From an uncultured virus (IMG/VR IMGVR_UViG_3300026321_000001) (Duplodnaviria > Heunggongvirae > Uroviricota > Caudoviricetes): a DNA stretch of 64,000 nucleotides. The notes below the pieces were generated by a model. It did not search any database, had not been told where the DNA came from, and saw only the letters and a program-made list of their open reading frames with translations. Each line of letters starts with the position of its first letter. Position 1 is the first letter of the stretch. The position numbers were made by a program, and so were the translations under genes. Shown piece by piece: positions 45,001 through 49,663 of the stretch. The stretch lies in IMG/VR virus record IMGVR_UViG_3300026321_000001, one strand, 5' to 3'.

Positions 45001-46791
45001 AGACGCTTCTGGAGCAGGAGGAGCAGCAATAAAGACTTTAGGTGGTTCTGTATCAGAATATCCACTTCCAAAACTGGTTATGTTGATATCAGTGATTTCA
45101 CCGTTGAAAATAGTTGCAACAGCCTTAGCACCTGTTCCACCTATAGGTTGGTCAGCAACATCCTTCCTATTATCAACAATATACACAGATGGAGCATCAG
45201 TATAACCTGCACCACCAGTTAATAGTTCAATATTTGTTACTCTACCACCAGTACAACTAACATCAAGTATTTGAGCACCTACAGGGTCAATAATCTTTGC
45301 CCTAGGTACTGTTTCATATCCTTGTCCACCTGAAACAACGTTTATACCATTAACACGTCCATCTACATCAAGAGTAGCAACAACGTTTGCTTTTATAGCA
45401 TTATCACCAGTTGGAAGATCCAAATACACTAATGGAGGTGTTGTATACCCTGATCCTCTATCAATTACTGTAATTGATCCAGATGCTATTTCATCCCCAT
45501 CAAGAGTAGGATTACTGATGGTTGCACCACCAGGATTAACAAATGAGATGGATGGGATCTTATCGTATCCACTTCCAGAACTGTCTACAATGAGTTGTGA
45601 GACCCCTTCGATGGAATCATCAACAATTGCACGGATTTGAGCAGTTTTGCCTTCAGGGTCAGCAGGAGGGTCAACTACAACTATTGGAGGGTTAGCAGAT
45701 GTATAACCTTGTCCAGAAAAGAGTAATCTATCCTGTTTAATACCATTTACCAATGCCTCAGCAGTAGCATTTTGACCTGGACCTTTAGTAGACGCAATAC
45801 TGATCTTTGGAGCAAAACTTAAGCGATATCCAGTACCACCATTCTTAACAATAACCTTATCAATCTTTCCTTGTTCAATATCTGCAATAGCACTAGCACC
45901 ACTACCAAATTCAGGTGCAATCATCTCGATTGATCTGACTTGTATGACTGAATTCTCTGCAACATCATTCTTGAAGATCAACTTATCTTGGAAAATAGTA
46001 AAATCTTCATATGGACGCTTCTCAACTCTATCGACTACAACGATACTCGATACAGTGGATAGAGGAGTATAAGCAACTCCATTGTTAGTCAGTTTAAATT
46101 CTTTGGCATCAACTGCAACTGTAATAGGGTCTATATTACGGACAGGGATGCTTGTATAACCAATAAGGTAACGAACATTGTTAATAGCACCTGTAAGACC
46201 GCCTGTAGGGGCAACAGGAGGGTTCTGAAGCCTTATTTTATCTCCCTCGATGAAATAATCAACATCTGGATATAAAAATTCGTTATTAACAACAACTAAC
46301 AGATGATTTGCAGATTGAGGTGATACTGGCTTACCTAAAAGTCGTAGATTGAATAAAGTCTGACTACCATCGAACTGAGTAGCGATTGGTTCAAATTCTT
46401 GGATTTTACGATCAAATTCAGCCTTATTAACACCTGGAGTGAATACTATATCTGGTGAATGAGTAACCTTCTCATAATATATTACTTCATTATCAACTTT
46501 TATTGTTCCGTCTTGTTCTAAGAAATAATTAACGTTCTCAGCGATGATTTTGTTCTGAGTAGGATCAACTTTCTCCAGCACAGCAGAAGCTGAAGATAAA
46601 AAGTTAGGATCAAACTCACCAGAACCTACATCGGTATAATTCAAGATATTATTCAGGATGTCATAGGGACGACCTGCTTTCTCTTGAGATTTGTAGTATT
46701 CGGTAAGAAGATTTACAAATTGTTCGTTATCTTCTCGAATGAATGCAGGAATCTGATCCTGCACCCTATTTGATACGGTAATAGCCTTCAT
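21067..46791 (-). CDS. gp7: Giant gp7-type baseplate wedge initiator / multidomain virion protein (8574 aa)
   Basis: Uninterrupted 25.7-kb ORF directly after gp6. QIPAFIRE...FV.LL.EYYKSQE, DFYASKGT....YLFK.LF and IQDSYFYQNFSY.IKS......W........HP.G motifs. Also a YHYH-like segment, a propeller-like region, two LamG-like domains, helical repeats and beta repeats. Confidence 0.8.
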   Translation of the reverse strand: MKAITVSNRVQDQIPAFIREDNEQFVNLLTEYYKSQEKAGRPYDILNNILNYTDVGSGEFDPNFLSSASAVLEKVDPTQNKIIAENVNYFLEQDGTIKVDNEVIYYEKVTHSPDIVFTPGVNKAEFDRKIQEFEPIATQFDGSQTLFNLRLLGKPVSPQSANHLLVVVNNEFLYPDVDYFIEGDKIRLQNPPVAPTGGLTGAINNVRYLIGYTSIPVRNIDPITVAVDAKEFKLTNNGVAYTPLSTVSSIVVVDRVEKRPYEDFTIFQDKLIFKNDVAENSVIQVRSIEMIAPEFGSGASAIADIEQGKIDKVIVKNGGTGYRLSFAPKISIASTKGPGQNATAEALVNGIKQDRLLFSGQGYTSANPPIVVVDPPADPEGKTAQIRAIVDDSIEGVSQLIVDSSGSGYDKIPSISFVNPGGATISNPTLDGDEIASGSITVIDRGSGYTTPPLVYLDLPTGDNAIKANVVATLDVDGRVNGINVVSGGQGYETVPRAKIIDPVGAQILDVSCTGGRVTNIELLTGGAGYTDAPSVYIVDNRKDVADQPIGGTGAKAVATIFNGEITDINITSFGSGYSDTEPPKVFIAAPPAPEASCDVGFGEITGFTIHNAGSGYEPSAFVNCKRGVSGVSSFDQKGNQVFEKESDTVQSSHAVGSIISNLDTLFAKELYRRYVNQYLPNAEIDYEKVNAPQIIKTISDFYASKGTKISTQYLFKMLFSENVDVSYPKDEVIKPSAASWNVDTVLRAELLSGDPADLLDAQLIQYVDAVDINVQAASALIENVIAINTGVGIVYELAISEETLQGKFTIPYKTTLVEQLSTTDSIITVDSTIGWPERNGTILINDNEKVQYKEKTLNQFIECTRSKNGVVEDWDSGTAIYSEIYVYVNQGLSNEIKMRVLGIADAKSTVLTDTGSYYLPGDKLNVASLGSTSIDQRVTSWLYNVKKLIQISGVVPGGLNNQTATVTCDNKHGLLVGDTVTIYGANPTVFNGTFLVTSRISDFIFEYSIPAPADAAPAGNILLSVDLNKGKSPEEGISIAIRDFTTNVQNTFFNNTYSYIASSGIPNYEVGPFVGSALLPGNQRKLIRIPRVINTISKREDTTFGPIGAWVNGVSAWSYRSESKIKFGGVTGLNITNVGKGYDAAFPPLIEITGGGGTGASASVVVDGQLSEIDVTAGGSGYFSSPLVSIVGGNGFGATATAVITNGVVSKILVENPGQGYTSQPDVSISGGRGTGATATAAVRGPIKSVSVTSAGSSYTTSPTIKLNSGEGAVAQPIIINGRIVSIAIIAAGKGYTTAPEIVINGDGYGAVAKASIGTVGEDRGKVIGVSVVNRGIGYTTGLTSVRLEAVGEMATFTANVFEWTRNLQDELGLSFDTARGYVFAGYNTQYGGEYAHVSDPKQLRYVLGDNVFKNQSTQELQELSTGWAHSPILGWAFDGNPIYGPYGYIDATDQSSGVRRIRSSYRIKPILLYDAATNPNPVRLDGPVLNSYPAGSFIEDFEYTFQYGDLDQYNGRFCKTPQFPEGVYAYFISIDASDAGNPVFPYIAGPQLYSKADEWNYSQDAVQTNIPDDVVRYRDPYEDVDIDIDRQPNAETDILVTELGEELIFEIEDTNRDGVINNLEDTTPINISEEPVLQLFDYYPRVSTRSEVDIDIETTTKFEDAQVDGFVVENPGISYKVGDKLYFDNEGTEGFGASAKVNSVAGLAIAGYSSYMLNDEPYGRITTPEEHELRAGDEIIVDSTPVLDDTNKTLRVKVISGVEQLTITQDGIGYSSELPPTYELISTVGQDFKLELVRTEAGAVKEANIINSGSAYGTVNPPKIRVSHPQRYKKATYFLSFLKEATGIVSINDVQVADDRTIYVVGERNLTGGDTCGVLSKFNSDGRVLWTRTLVPTVPSGAKSLKWKSLHIENSNPHNIYVVGETVTNTINLTHNPDIVVAKYTSGFDNANNPDGIIQWQRDIAGISGSTRRDYATTVSLDQDGRVMIGGYTDANSLQPDDMWVALLDIDGSMMEKRKIASSSVSEHLHQIEWQSKDTFLFCGISEPDNTGDIIIGQTYYDSATVEVVWSKKITNASYKFANPTFTIDEYGAVYVTATAIDVNGKNYGVLYSKFDEGSDFSSTDQSRLFIPTGTYESVENAGVQFDIFGNVDVSASVQRDFNAIESTTIKVGWNTGTVISAATASETDGIGFKAVAVANDSSGDTVVVGNKMEADQLAIFNWDTADNLFDDTYNDTLATATNKAWYAVGNAVIDDTKKHVGASSVKLDASNSLALQYGADVATSWTCEAFWAMGTAQYSGSNTKPIFFSVLDNTGNTVKIGLDADSTSPNFGKTFIDLTSTTTFSTAANYFAIFNNEAFIHVAFSKERVGVGDYKYRLYVNGIEAQVLTSTTVDVSMKDVSIGPDGTPNSVNNWIGWIDNAVISPSAKYTEAFTAPDVVEGTSHIAQGFIYKIDKEKTILGSFALNDVETGHTLNVAATSSYTFNTQNVAMNPWQIGPAGIQILDYGDVISTHVPGVFTHTSTDQSFGNRTATIPTPGGKKLLLTTTVVPKFYFRDAKYSQIDLVKTITFNQNASFTKGTTLQQYSVIGGNDVISAYGVVVETGVNSCKIGKIIGTFDQTKLLKSTHGDVNELEWNFTEEKTDPIWATNFVYAVEDIVYNDKKLYQCTSAGTSGTIAPTHTTGIVSDGAVSWAYLSASGIYEVDLADTSYSGSTLATFASWKPFAAVDYTIKIEEIYSDSSFIKGDTIDADAVNLQFAVDATGKIATFTGLTGVKKISLIAKLNKDVIPSGALANTDLVYCSASSRHNFEVSDIIFTENFATNDYNGSFFVEEVFNSRDFSFRMRSTAVQEPTFSGSGSSVTNVNIYAKHPKFLFVRGHQYIFDLDDNSNLGYYLSFSRDNQFKLEYPFINIIREGTPGFTDDDSPTPLVKFVINEDVTNISYYFDPSRTGATSPVGEGSFIDVISTPYKGTFRVTATSNAGKTFDFKLLNEPEKTNAPVGNNEFQLPRSSYSTTSAKAIGPISAIKLVNPGGFYQRLPIVTDIASNREIEKVRILNGGTEYVNGVYYNVPIDGDGEGATCNITVQDDGDFEGVITDVTLTSAGKGYKSATIDIDAIPGILGSLLAGSGGDLQVVIPDEGSGASVFLQGKSIGKIKKLKNNEFGFGYSHDYTLRPEITFPVNLQLFNTALLAQIKITDPGSGYTSTPAVVIEGGGGSGAKAEAIVKNNRLSEVIIKDPGSGYSSEPSVTLKSEFNYVVNVDLGYLQFNFPHGITTGAEVSLRAEDLGSTVGILPKPSSAGLTSLVETQIYYAIAGEANSLESDQLRISLTKLDAESGSYITFLTQGEGRQVLLTEVFGGKATAIVETSRFLEGEKVYQGTSLALSSAIGYVSTNEGWQIGPRILKLENYDGVWTKGERVTGEVSRASGLIDNLSIATGTLNIASLTNTPGQFIDDVGKPSEIVQKIQDSYFYQNFSYVIKSQTPINQWRKPVLETNHPVGFNLFGELAITGGKDISGRKVVSDLIKEVNINSFTNINQITSFANAQPIYTQFNNTEVLFRQKRLTNSEEILTSIVKKIDNISDDFNGIKTQFPLNVEGSSITATEDQMFILLNGVAQSPGTAFSTSGPSVVFTEAPKAPSRIKFRELVYAQKLITRMTFSQLGGIFPLLGNTVRGLVSETTATVIDSGVDYIDVIDITGGTFQINENILGSATGFNSVLSDVSGLTSKTIFEQSERITNLQGKFAIIEENNLTDGVITTELVVSRTSGTAEFETGEFNLKFNDIIYSTRSKICATITSIAPYQDDISNQIIDQVDLSPSSSFFGLVFQRVPSITFPNIILDNISETVINPVELYDPETANNQDFLDFERVRNQEIRYDNLTGTDFAAGSNLRLKKLYFGNSSLRRQHDNRRGDASNTLRRNADFIAEEAVGIMLAFYPSFQINTGRNQDCIDDIVDAINMMAWQLEFDGNSEVWDIANTYVQGNVVYHVDGAVAQTVYAMNKARDLAIQCVRMENINTTHTTKQQWRDLTITGEYTATDNSHADARTLLLANKWYIAHEALYYAKQQNPGYTVTGGDVHCLSDIVDFVEALSYNTALGGNDHIYESTYRTLQYGTVTGDIDTMVHAYTKVKTMALDVMKNVVVAKQDSSHGWTQFTDSGITVDTGSPVCNAVGSTITTLMDLVINALGTTASPGTHTAFAAGTTKTIPTGAVLANPSTTACVSITSTLTNFFAIITDSIQDPTGATPATYQWSISNLTRVEPAYSFNDAETLKSVKMAYKDKSSGGFFVFGETVKGITSGSTAEIIGSNAGNKWIYTKDPSAPFQAGEYITNSLLTNTGVTVDNLDYAVGTGSLEFNGSAYLTHPATEKLAFGNGGIPDGNFTIELWVKVTAVNTNQMILDFRTSTSDTGSAYLMIVNNSVRWNVGNVDRITSTGLTANTWTHIAVVRNSGVTSLFVGGTKVTTTYTDNTNYGNLPIKIGANASNAQGLTGNMENLMIKLGITAIDYTGDFTPSSTYDDTDINLKFGFDGEAPIPIIKGEIYAKYEQSIVSTCTADGVELWRDEIMTEGVDLARDEYRECADMIDKNKYWIAEEAVGRMKAQYPDFVIPGDTGTSSEGTRLCLRDTYEYIIPAIVADLRYGGNYNTIVAGRGYLANQAGQLAHVNGELLQSIYAWREVGKLCNDVITANADDLTGEHTTRIRIPNYFSSPAAAGIQTFITDIVDNLLLVLGPTGNRFRDGADLLYFNRKCIADEVAFWLEEQYNVTINFVQEDKFDIPGGTPGREKCVRDLRDHIIPAIAGDLLTGGNSNVQGIIDRYLDPQKKIIEVEKELLPMLDAIGYSKMLMEKALQNALVSRSENLANIAGMNAQTIDDLFQFQYTDIAAYRKDQATEPTFTHDNQIYAGSQRQLDAADMLETNKRAIAGEAVALMLKCSAFKHKNFSVKGGKNHCEDDIVDVIQGVIHDLRFSSNSAVYDASMLYLNTENGLKHVTDETEETLFAMKMARDMSALAIQNKLGFNPFPDEASNPPRNNYDFNAAGDGAAGNKFYDAGNEIEKNIRFIASTAVGRAVSQYPTLGFGGYGYQSCVDDVVDILEATVFNLKHGGNNKLWYATEFYITDANAIQHINSQSTEVKYVFEQARDIAIQVMRQQLVTTNGYTEGDPVYDQTITIDQQTASGQHTPTAATYDPATGLLVLTLAASHGVTTNDTLRINTNSLVFTCDQDDHQTQHSYPRTSDPAAISLLPVTNVSGNDVTVNVGITQRVNFDAKDSTYDPETGLLTLDIGSHSLRTGQTLKILEGELNYRCAQDNYRSIHKYPRSTDPVVDKAIDIEAIGTTFHTATWANFNPVTGFLNVTVPSHGFKNGDKIRLVNDSMTFSCDMDEHYSKKTYPRLSDPASGRFLPISSVTKNTFEMNIGKTPLKTFTPSQANYDPTTGGLELVLGVHGLTTGTHIKLAPNSLTFTCKEDDDATNHTYPRITTVNATPTDASYNPVNGHLTVTVANHGFKVGEMVQVEKDGLVMTCSMDGHASEHSYPRQDDPANNSWMKIEAVSTNTFTFNVGISPAVSFTPKDVVYTPSTGDMVLTIGDHSLTAGTALKIAEGGITFTCAQDSHQTLHPYPRNTTYTVSDINNGAYDPATGIITITTAANHGLQDGDKIKFADGAITFTCSMDGNGSNHPYPRSTDPVSGKWLEIDVTGNTTFTCNVGKTPSVGYDPSLVTYDPATGLMVMTIGTHDLTVGTSVRIAQNSLKFKCGFDNYATDHTYPRASGQGGATQDDPFYDTACNITAVTDTTITVQVLSTVPSTNTTPHTWVAPTKLTPTSAAYNPTTGVMTLSVTNHGVVNGEYIKIDDGAVTFTCGQDSDQTNHAYPRASDPVSNKFVPITYIDANTFSIQVLENTPSTNTTTHNFVSAVANSISRAVFRAGGIYTHAYVSSTAGSLTAKKDQAFDSSVEIKYEGTPLTAASGTTYSGATGIINITTSAAHGLVVGDYVKLRDGAVTFNCAEDGGATNHAYPRATDPISDKWIQVQSVGSSTTFTVQVLDTIPSTNTTNHTFVSGLSNGIIKKDDTITVNVGISSNTTAHIFKSAEPACITTGGNYTHLFKSAAVNCITKSSDPVYGNPLTITGTTATSITVNVLPILPSTNVTQHTFVSATNNCVTTGGNYSHKFISAVDDGVELESGSVTVNVGKSPAIFYSVGDAIYDGETGDMQLKVGAHNLMEGTTIKIHDESLKFTCDMDSHASEHVYPRMSDPARNTALQMKEAGSTSHTITGASYTPTSGILSCTIANHGFRAARTASPTFAKFDPTTGDMEIYSANHNIVVGDSIKLAEGAITFRCARDQYSSNHSYPRKTDPAYDQWLIVSKANRNRFTVNVGTGETNGAVSDTSEHRFQASNPNTITVAPDLVKFDLNSITFNCTKDSNATNHTYPRADDPEAGHWIEVLSTPDANTFTCNVGISAGGNFAHTYVGATTGGLKKQTGWVTVNVGATPTTGHTVSSATFNAITGSMVLGIGNHYFNRHDNIRIAPNSLSFTCGLDSNQSIHTYPRGAMIESTPTGAAYDPLTGLMTLTQNNHGFSNGDFVKFKENAFTFTCSMDNNGSSHTYPRTTDPTFDRWIPVENVQANTFQVNVGTTPSVGFEPYSVSYNPTSGVMEMEIGHHEFTVGQSIRIAANSLTFTCAQDSNQTNHTYPRLGDPTYQNAVPITAVTDTKISVQVLASQPSTNTTVHQFIQQVGKTPTAINYNPVSGVMTVTITGHGYNDGDMVKFAEESLTFTCDKDSHATNHTYPRKTDPFWDKWMPISTVTADTFNVKILDVTPSTNISAHTFISAVANCVTRSAIRGGGIYTHANTGIASNGMIHKRDPFYQRGLNIDTIGYTSHTVTGALYNPNTGVMRLTIPNHGFTTSVTKTATGAVYDVTSSMLKITSGGHGFVEGDRVRIADNSLTFTCAQDSNATNHSYPRPSDPASQRFLVVTNASTNTFEVNVGNFFGRGPISNQTAHTFVSATTGGLELSRDKIKMAENSITFSCAKDDNTTNHSYPRANDPSYDEYLPISDVTTDEFDVYVGHANLDKTVHQFVSATTSGVTRPDGTITVNVGISSNTTTHNFVSSTTTWTPTGAAYNPTTGVMTLTINGHNFHNGEYIKIADSALVFRCDQDGQASDHAYPRATDPASGRMLKISNVTTNTFDVKILDVTPSTNTTTHVFQSAVANSISKPQIIGGGTYDHKYVSSTGMAVRSGGLYAHKFEGPTRTTVTNASYNPTTGVMQLTVPDHGWENGDGIILDRESLVFTCTQDSNNTEHPYPRATDPFADRVMTISNVATDTFDVQVLNSAPSTNTTTHTFVSATTKGIRRAAVHTGGAYAHTFISAGSNSITTYTGSGAARCSNQASSITTLMGIPINLFGSGAGNPDAYIAGIARTLPGEWPLTGERAAIRDTTITYDMAGSGQCNATASSVTQLFDYPINVIKTAAAGSGNYFTNQSVTRNAPATNNALQSGGGICYNVTSAARVLGELIESTLGRAPEMYRQAARLLMFNDQYVDREAYFKTKQNYTGYTGDESFGADIRKAFIYDLITDGNIKTLELVNSWFDSEGNFVAFQNIFRTYIIFHAEAAKEFIVNTIEQDCVNPGAYNQEVPYENIEYRPTATAVHKINQLYHLIDIALNRSTLPTLYLKHSIDVGTDVNTDGSIDAPLGHIFEPYDRITYTVLGAAINELDRTIYYIHPDTTENLIWISEYIDGDKIESLTPGTQGQVHSFSVNDETGIVRTTSTFGERNVPTPIAGGIQPADIFFGATSGAYAEVIRVQDNHAEVLYNTTYLPITVTSDPEIFVQGEEVVKTGATANKGTILATDNATYMKVIITGGTLSPADLIEGTTSGATATVGASTHKLMLVNFRMGEFIATDILYSKEDSGRANALIVRNNDGALLDNQSGRVTFDIETVTGNFNANDVIYGSVTDQIIEVEAFNVLPGFGEYLHSTEITRFQYADIITDFGVDDTFKVGDVIQLQNAGQSVGHTFVVTEHDTTNKYVYLANEVGRFSAIGDDLTVIGGDVAYQLAKIPPGSNFPSVYTSAIVAVVITPTTAYGRIEKIEQVGLRAIIHLGDTAGDFVKNAQIIGDYGFRGACSVAKTLRGRVRRYFRGFDGETTNFKLTKDNGTAYFPDPAGHMMIFVNGILQPPGGALAFTAFSDNIQFTEAPAINSTFHGVYVGKLRQLDDISFDFDSLRNSFNLKLGGVFYSLTLTEGVQSNTIRPENNIVCQLNGVIQEPGIGFELVGSRIIFSEVPRAGSTFVAFSYIGSDVDVIAATVVPPIETGDKLAIEGEEFERTVALIESSNSLITFEYTGSVRGRNAQALANIERGRITEAILTNSGDGFTSRPNVDVISSSGFGGKIKALVGLARIDVKNAGQGYVQPSVGVNTTVADDFLGPTGAGVNGGIDIYHPEYVPPGESTPVGEAFITIESQPVNTTVNQGQTASFTVIASTTPAGGVINYQWQKKDYGTNSWINIDGATSPTYTTPATSQGDGGDEFRVGLTSTGATPTLSQSAILTINIGSTTVDNFTPDQIFDDN
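24640..31250 (-). repeat. 21 copies of a ~105-aa beta-rich repeat inside the giant protein
   Basis: Manual count of 21 Y.P.TG-type openers and 21 YPR motifs. Consensus A.Y.P.TG.M.LT...H....GD.I.....SLTFTC..D.....H.YPR..DP......I......TF.VNVG.....H.FVSA. Confidence 0.85.
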
Positions 46792-46819
46792 CTGCTGTTA
46801 TTTTGCTATTTTTAGATGC

Positions 46820-48904
46820 TTAGAAGCAAGAGTTAAACTCTGGCAACTCAAACACGGTGGTTGGGTAATCAATGATATTTATTGAGCTTCCATCGAAGTT
46901 AATAGCGTTAAAGTCGAACGGATCGAAGGTTGGAACGTTAGTTCCATCAATTGTGTAGTCGATGGTTTGTACAGTTGGGTTAAAGATCGTAGGATCTAGA
47001 CCTGTACCTATGTTGACATTACCAGATGCAGGGATGATTGTAACTGGGATGCGTGAGGTACCATCAGGGGTACTGGCAACATCTACTGGTCCAACACAGA
47101 CCTGTCCACTCTTATAATCAACGGTTCCTACGTTCTTTTTAAGAACAACTTCGGTTTCATCAACCTTAGTTATCATTATCAGTGTTCCGTAACCGTCATC
47201 ACGAATATTTACTGGAAGTAACGCAGTAGTATCATCAGTGAGTAGACTTGCTGATGAAATCTGATTAGCATTAACTCCACCTTGAATATTCAGAAGACCT
47301 TCTGTATATCCAGTTGCATAAAATGTTCCAGTTTTTACTGAAGAGTATTTTGGTACGCAAGTTCCTTCGGTAGCCGCACTAGATCCTTTATTTCCACCTG
47401 AAAGATCATTAGGGTTAGCGATTTCATTGTTAAAATCAATACACTTAGTAAATGTCTGACCAAAATTGAAGTTTTCAATGTTCATACCCAAAGACATATG
47501 GGTAATATTGCCACTGATCGCAGGATCAGAGGAATCGATCATCGATTGATAAGCACTGAGGTCAATGCGACCATTGAATCTAGTAGATTCCGCCTGAGTA
47601 TTGTATTGATCGACAGCTGATAAAACTTTAGACGCAACTTCGTTATTTGATAGTGTAGTTTTATTACCGTCGAAGAATGCCCAAGTTTTTGGTCTAATGT
47701 ATAGGGTAATGGGATCGACGATGACAGGTTCAATCGCCGCAATCGAATATTTAAGAAGATCAGTCTTGATTCTCTTTTTGGTTGTTGTGTTAAGTAGGGC
47801 ACCTGATTTCGTACGAATGGATATGTAGACTTTGCCGTAAACTGGTGGTGCTAAACGCTCCCCACCATAAGCAGTAACTGATTTTGCCTGTGGATATACC
47901 TTTTTAGTGATAAATTCATAATCAGACTCAGTTACTGCTCTGTTCTGACTGTTAAATGCTCTAGGAGCGTTAAATTTGATACTTAAGGTAGATTCTACAT
48001 CTTCACCATCCTGAGCACCATCTACGGTCGCTAAGGAGATCTGAGAGGATGCTATGTAACGTTGTTCCGAATCAATTATACGTCCAATGAAACTAAAGGA
48101 CTTACATCCATTAGCAGCAGTACCTTCAGTACGTACATACTTTAATTTAATAATTTCACCAGCAATTAACTGACGACAAATAACACCATCACCAAATACC
48201 ACATTATAACGTTGATCATCAGTCTCCTCAAGGAAATAACCACGAGTAGTACCATCAACATCAACAATATTCTTAACTAAGTTGTATGTGTCAATCTCTT
48301 CAGACTGTGCATTAGGTGAAATTGAGACTGTTAGAAGGTCTGTATCTATCTGATCAGCAGGAATTTCATAAGATCTCTTCTTAACATCATCTACAGTGTA
48401 CTGATACTCTAAAGTGTTACCTTGATTGATAACCACCTTATTGAAAGTAGCAATTCCAGTAGATTGATCCACTGCTGCATTAAGTGTAGTTGGTAAAGTG
48501 AATGTATATCCTGATCCACTTACCGCAGAAACGAAAACATCACCAGCAAGCATACTTACTGTGCTAGGATATGCTGTACCAGAACCAATAGTTTCTGTTT
48601 GCACCGCAAATTGAATACAAGCTTTTGGTGCTTTAACCGATCTTGGTGTATAATTTAACTGCTTCGCAATTTTAACTACGTTATCTCTAATAGTTGCAGA
48701 TTCAAGAAACGCCTCATTCATCGCCATATTAGCGTTGAAAGAAGCATAGTATGTGTTATATGATAAAACATCAAGCAAATAAGACGCAGCAGATCCGTCA
48801 AAATCGTAATCTGTGAACTCATCTCTTGTTCGAAGATAAGATCTAATAGATTCACGTATCTCAGAAAAATCTAATGATGTTAAATTGGATGGTATTGCTG
48901 CCAT
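46820..48904 (-). CDS. gp6: Baseplate wedge subunit gp6
   Basis: LDF..I...I..YLR...EFTDYDFDGS....LLDVL.YNTYY..FNANM..NEAFL.SA..R; QNRAVT..DY. Confidence 0.92.
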   Translation of the reverse strand: MAAIPSNLTSLDFSEIRESIRSYLRTRDEFTDYDFDGSAASYLLDVLSYNTYYASFNANMAMNEAFLESATIRDNVVKIAKQLNYTPRSVKAPKACIQFAVQTETIGSGTAYPSTVSMLAGDVFVSAVSGSGYTFTLPTTLNAAVDQSTGIATFNKVVINQGNTLEYQYTVDDVKKRSYEIPADQIDTDLLTVSISPNAQSEEIDTYNLVKNIVDVDGTTRGYFLEETDDQRYNVVFGDGVICRQLIAGEIIKLKYVRTEGTAANGCKSFSFIGRIIDSEQRYIASSQISLATVDGAQDGEDVESTLSIKFNAPRAFNSQNRAVTESDYEFITKKVYPQAKSVTAYGGERLAPPVYGKVYISIRTKSGALLNTTTKKRIKTDLLKYSIAAIEPVIVDPITLYIRPKTWAFFDGNKTTLSNNEVASKVLSAVDQYNTQAESTRFNGRIDLSAYQSMIDSSDPAISGNITHMSLGMNIENFNFGQTFTKCIDFNNEIANPNDLSGGNKGSSAATEGTCVPKYSSVKTGTFYATGYTEGLLNIQGGVNANQISSASLLTDDTTALLPVNIRDDGYGTLIMITKVDETEVVLKKNVGTVDYKSGQVCVGPVDVASTPDGTSRIPVTIIPASGNVNIGTGLDPTIFNPTVQTIDYTIDGTNVPTFDPFDFNAINFDGSSINIIDYPTTVFELPEFNSCF

Positions 48905-49311
48905 TATGCTCTCTCCAGCAAGAAGTCTACGGTTTGTGTAAGTGTTTCACCGATAATAGTGTAATCGAGTTCAACTTCTAGATTGTTGGTATCATCTGCC
49001 TTCAATCTAACTTCATTTACCACCACACGTGGTTCAAATCTTTGACACACGTTCATAATTTCCTCTTTGAGTTCTTCTGCCATAAAGATGTCAAAAGGTT
49101 CAAAAAGCATCTGACGTAACCTAGACCCCTTAGTAGGTTGAAAAGGTCTCTCACCAAACCCAGTAAGAACTAGGTTTCTGATTGATTGTTTAATGGCATT
49201 CTCATTCTTAACCATAGAAAAATCCTCAGTATTGGGGTTTGATTTCATCCCTATACTGAGGTCACGGAAAGCTCGTGATAGATTTCTATCTGCTTTAAAG
49301 CGATAAGCCAT
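48904..49311 (-). CDS. gp25: Baseplate wedge subunit gp25
   Basis: NENAIKQSIRNLVLT..GERPFQP..GS.L...LFE and FEPRV motifs. Confidence 0.92.
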   Translation of the reverse strand: MAYRFKADRNLSRAFRDLSIGMKSNPNTEDFSMVKNENAIKQSIRNLVLTGFGERPFQPTKGSRLRQMLFEPFDIFMAEELKEEIMNVCQRFEPRVVVNEVRLKADDTNNLEVELDYTIIGETLTQTVDFLLERA

Positions 49312-49466
49312 TAGGTTTCAGACTCTTCCTTTTTACGGATTCGTTCTAGGTATTTATCCGAACGGGGATCCGTTATTAGATACATACCAGATTCGTGGAA
49401 GCTGTCTCCTATATCGACAGGTCTCCTGACAGGACCTTTGGTCCATTCTGGGGGTGCTTCTTCCAT
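49311..49466 (-). CDS. Small hypothetical protein (51 aa)
   Basis: Manual translation MEEAPPEWTKGPVRRPVDIGDSFHESGMYLITDPRSDKYLERIRKKEESET. TAATG overlap with gp25. Confidence 0.65.
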   Translation of the reverse strand: MEEAPPEWTKGPVRRPVDIGDSFHESGMYLITDPRSDKYLERIRKKEESET

Positions 49467-49489
49467 TTTTATAATCCACTAGGTATTAT

Positions 49490-49642
49490 TTAGCCTCCTT
49501 GTCCCCGTGAGGGTTTTTTGGCGTGATTCCTGGAAGTTGCTGCATACTTTGTATGCTTTCCACTTCCCTGGCGTGTCTTCTTTGGAGTTGCTTCCACATA
49601 ATCAGAGGCACCCCAAGAACCTTGTTTAGTCTTTACAGCCAT
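49490..49642 (-). CDS. Small basic hypothetical protein (50 aa)
   Basis: Manual translation MAVKTKQGSWGASDYVEATPKKTRQGSGKHTKYAATSRNHAKKPSRGQGG. I recall similar PKKTRQG proteins beside gp25 in cyanophages. Confidence 0.7.
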   Translation of the reverse strand: MAVKTKQGSWGASDYVEATPKKTRQGSGKHTKYAATSRNHAKKPSRGQGG

Positions 49643-49663
49643 AACAGCGGTATTCGAACGTCT

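Noticed and set aside
226..45222. Numerous plus-strand ORFs (e.g. 226-825, 2533-3081, 35978-36340) and short alternate-frame minus ORFs
   Set aside because: Shadows of long Ala/Thr/Gly-rich genes with biased codon use; no independent signals or motifs.
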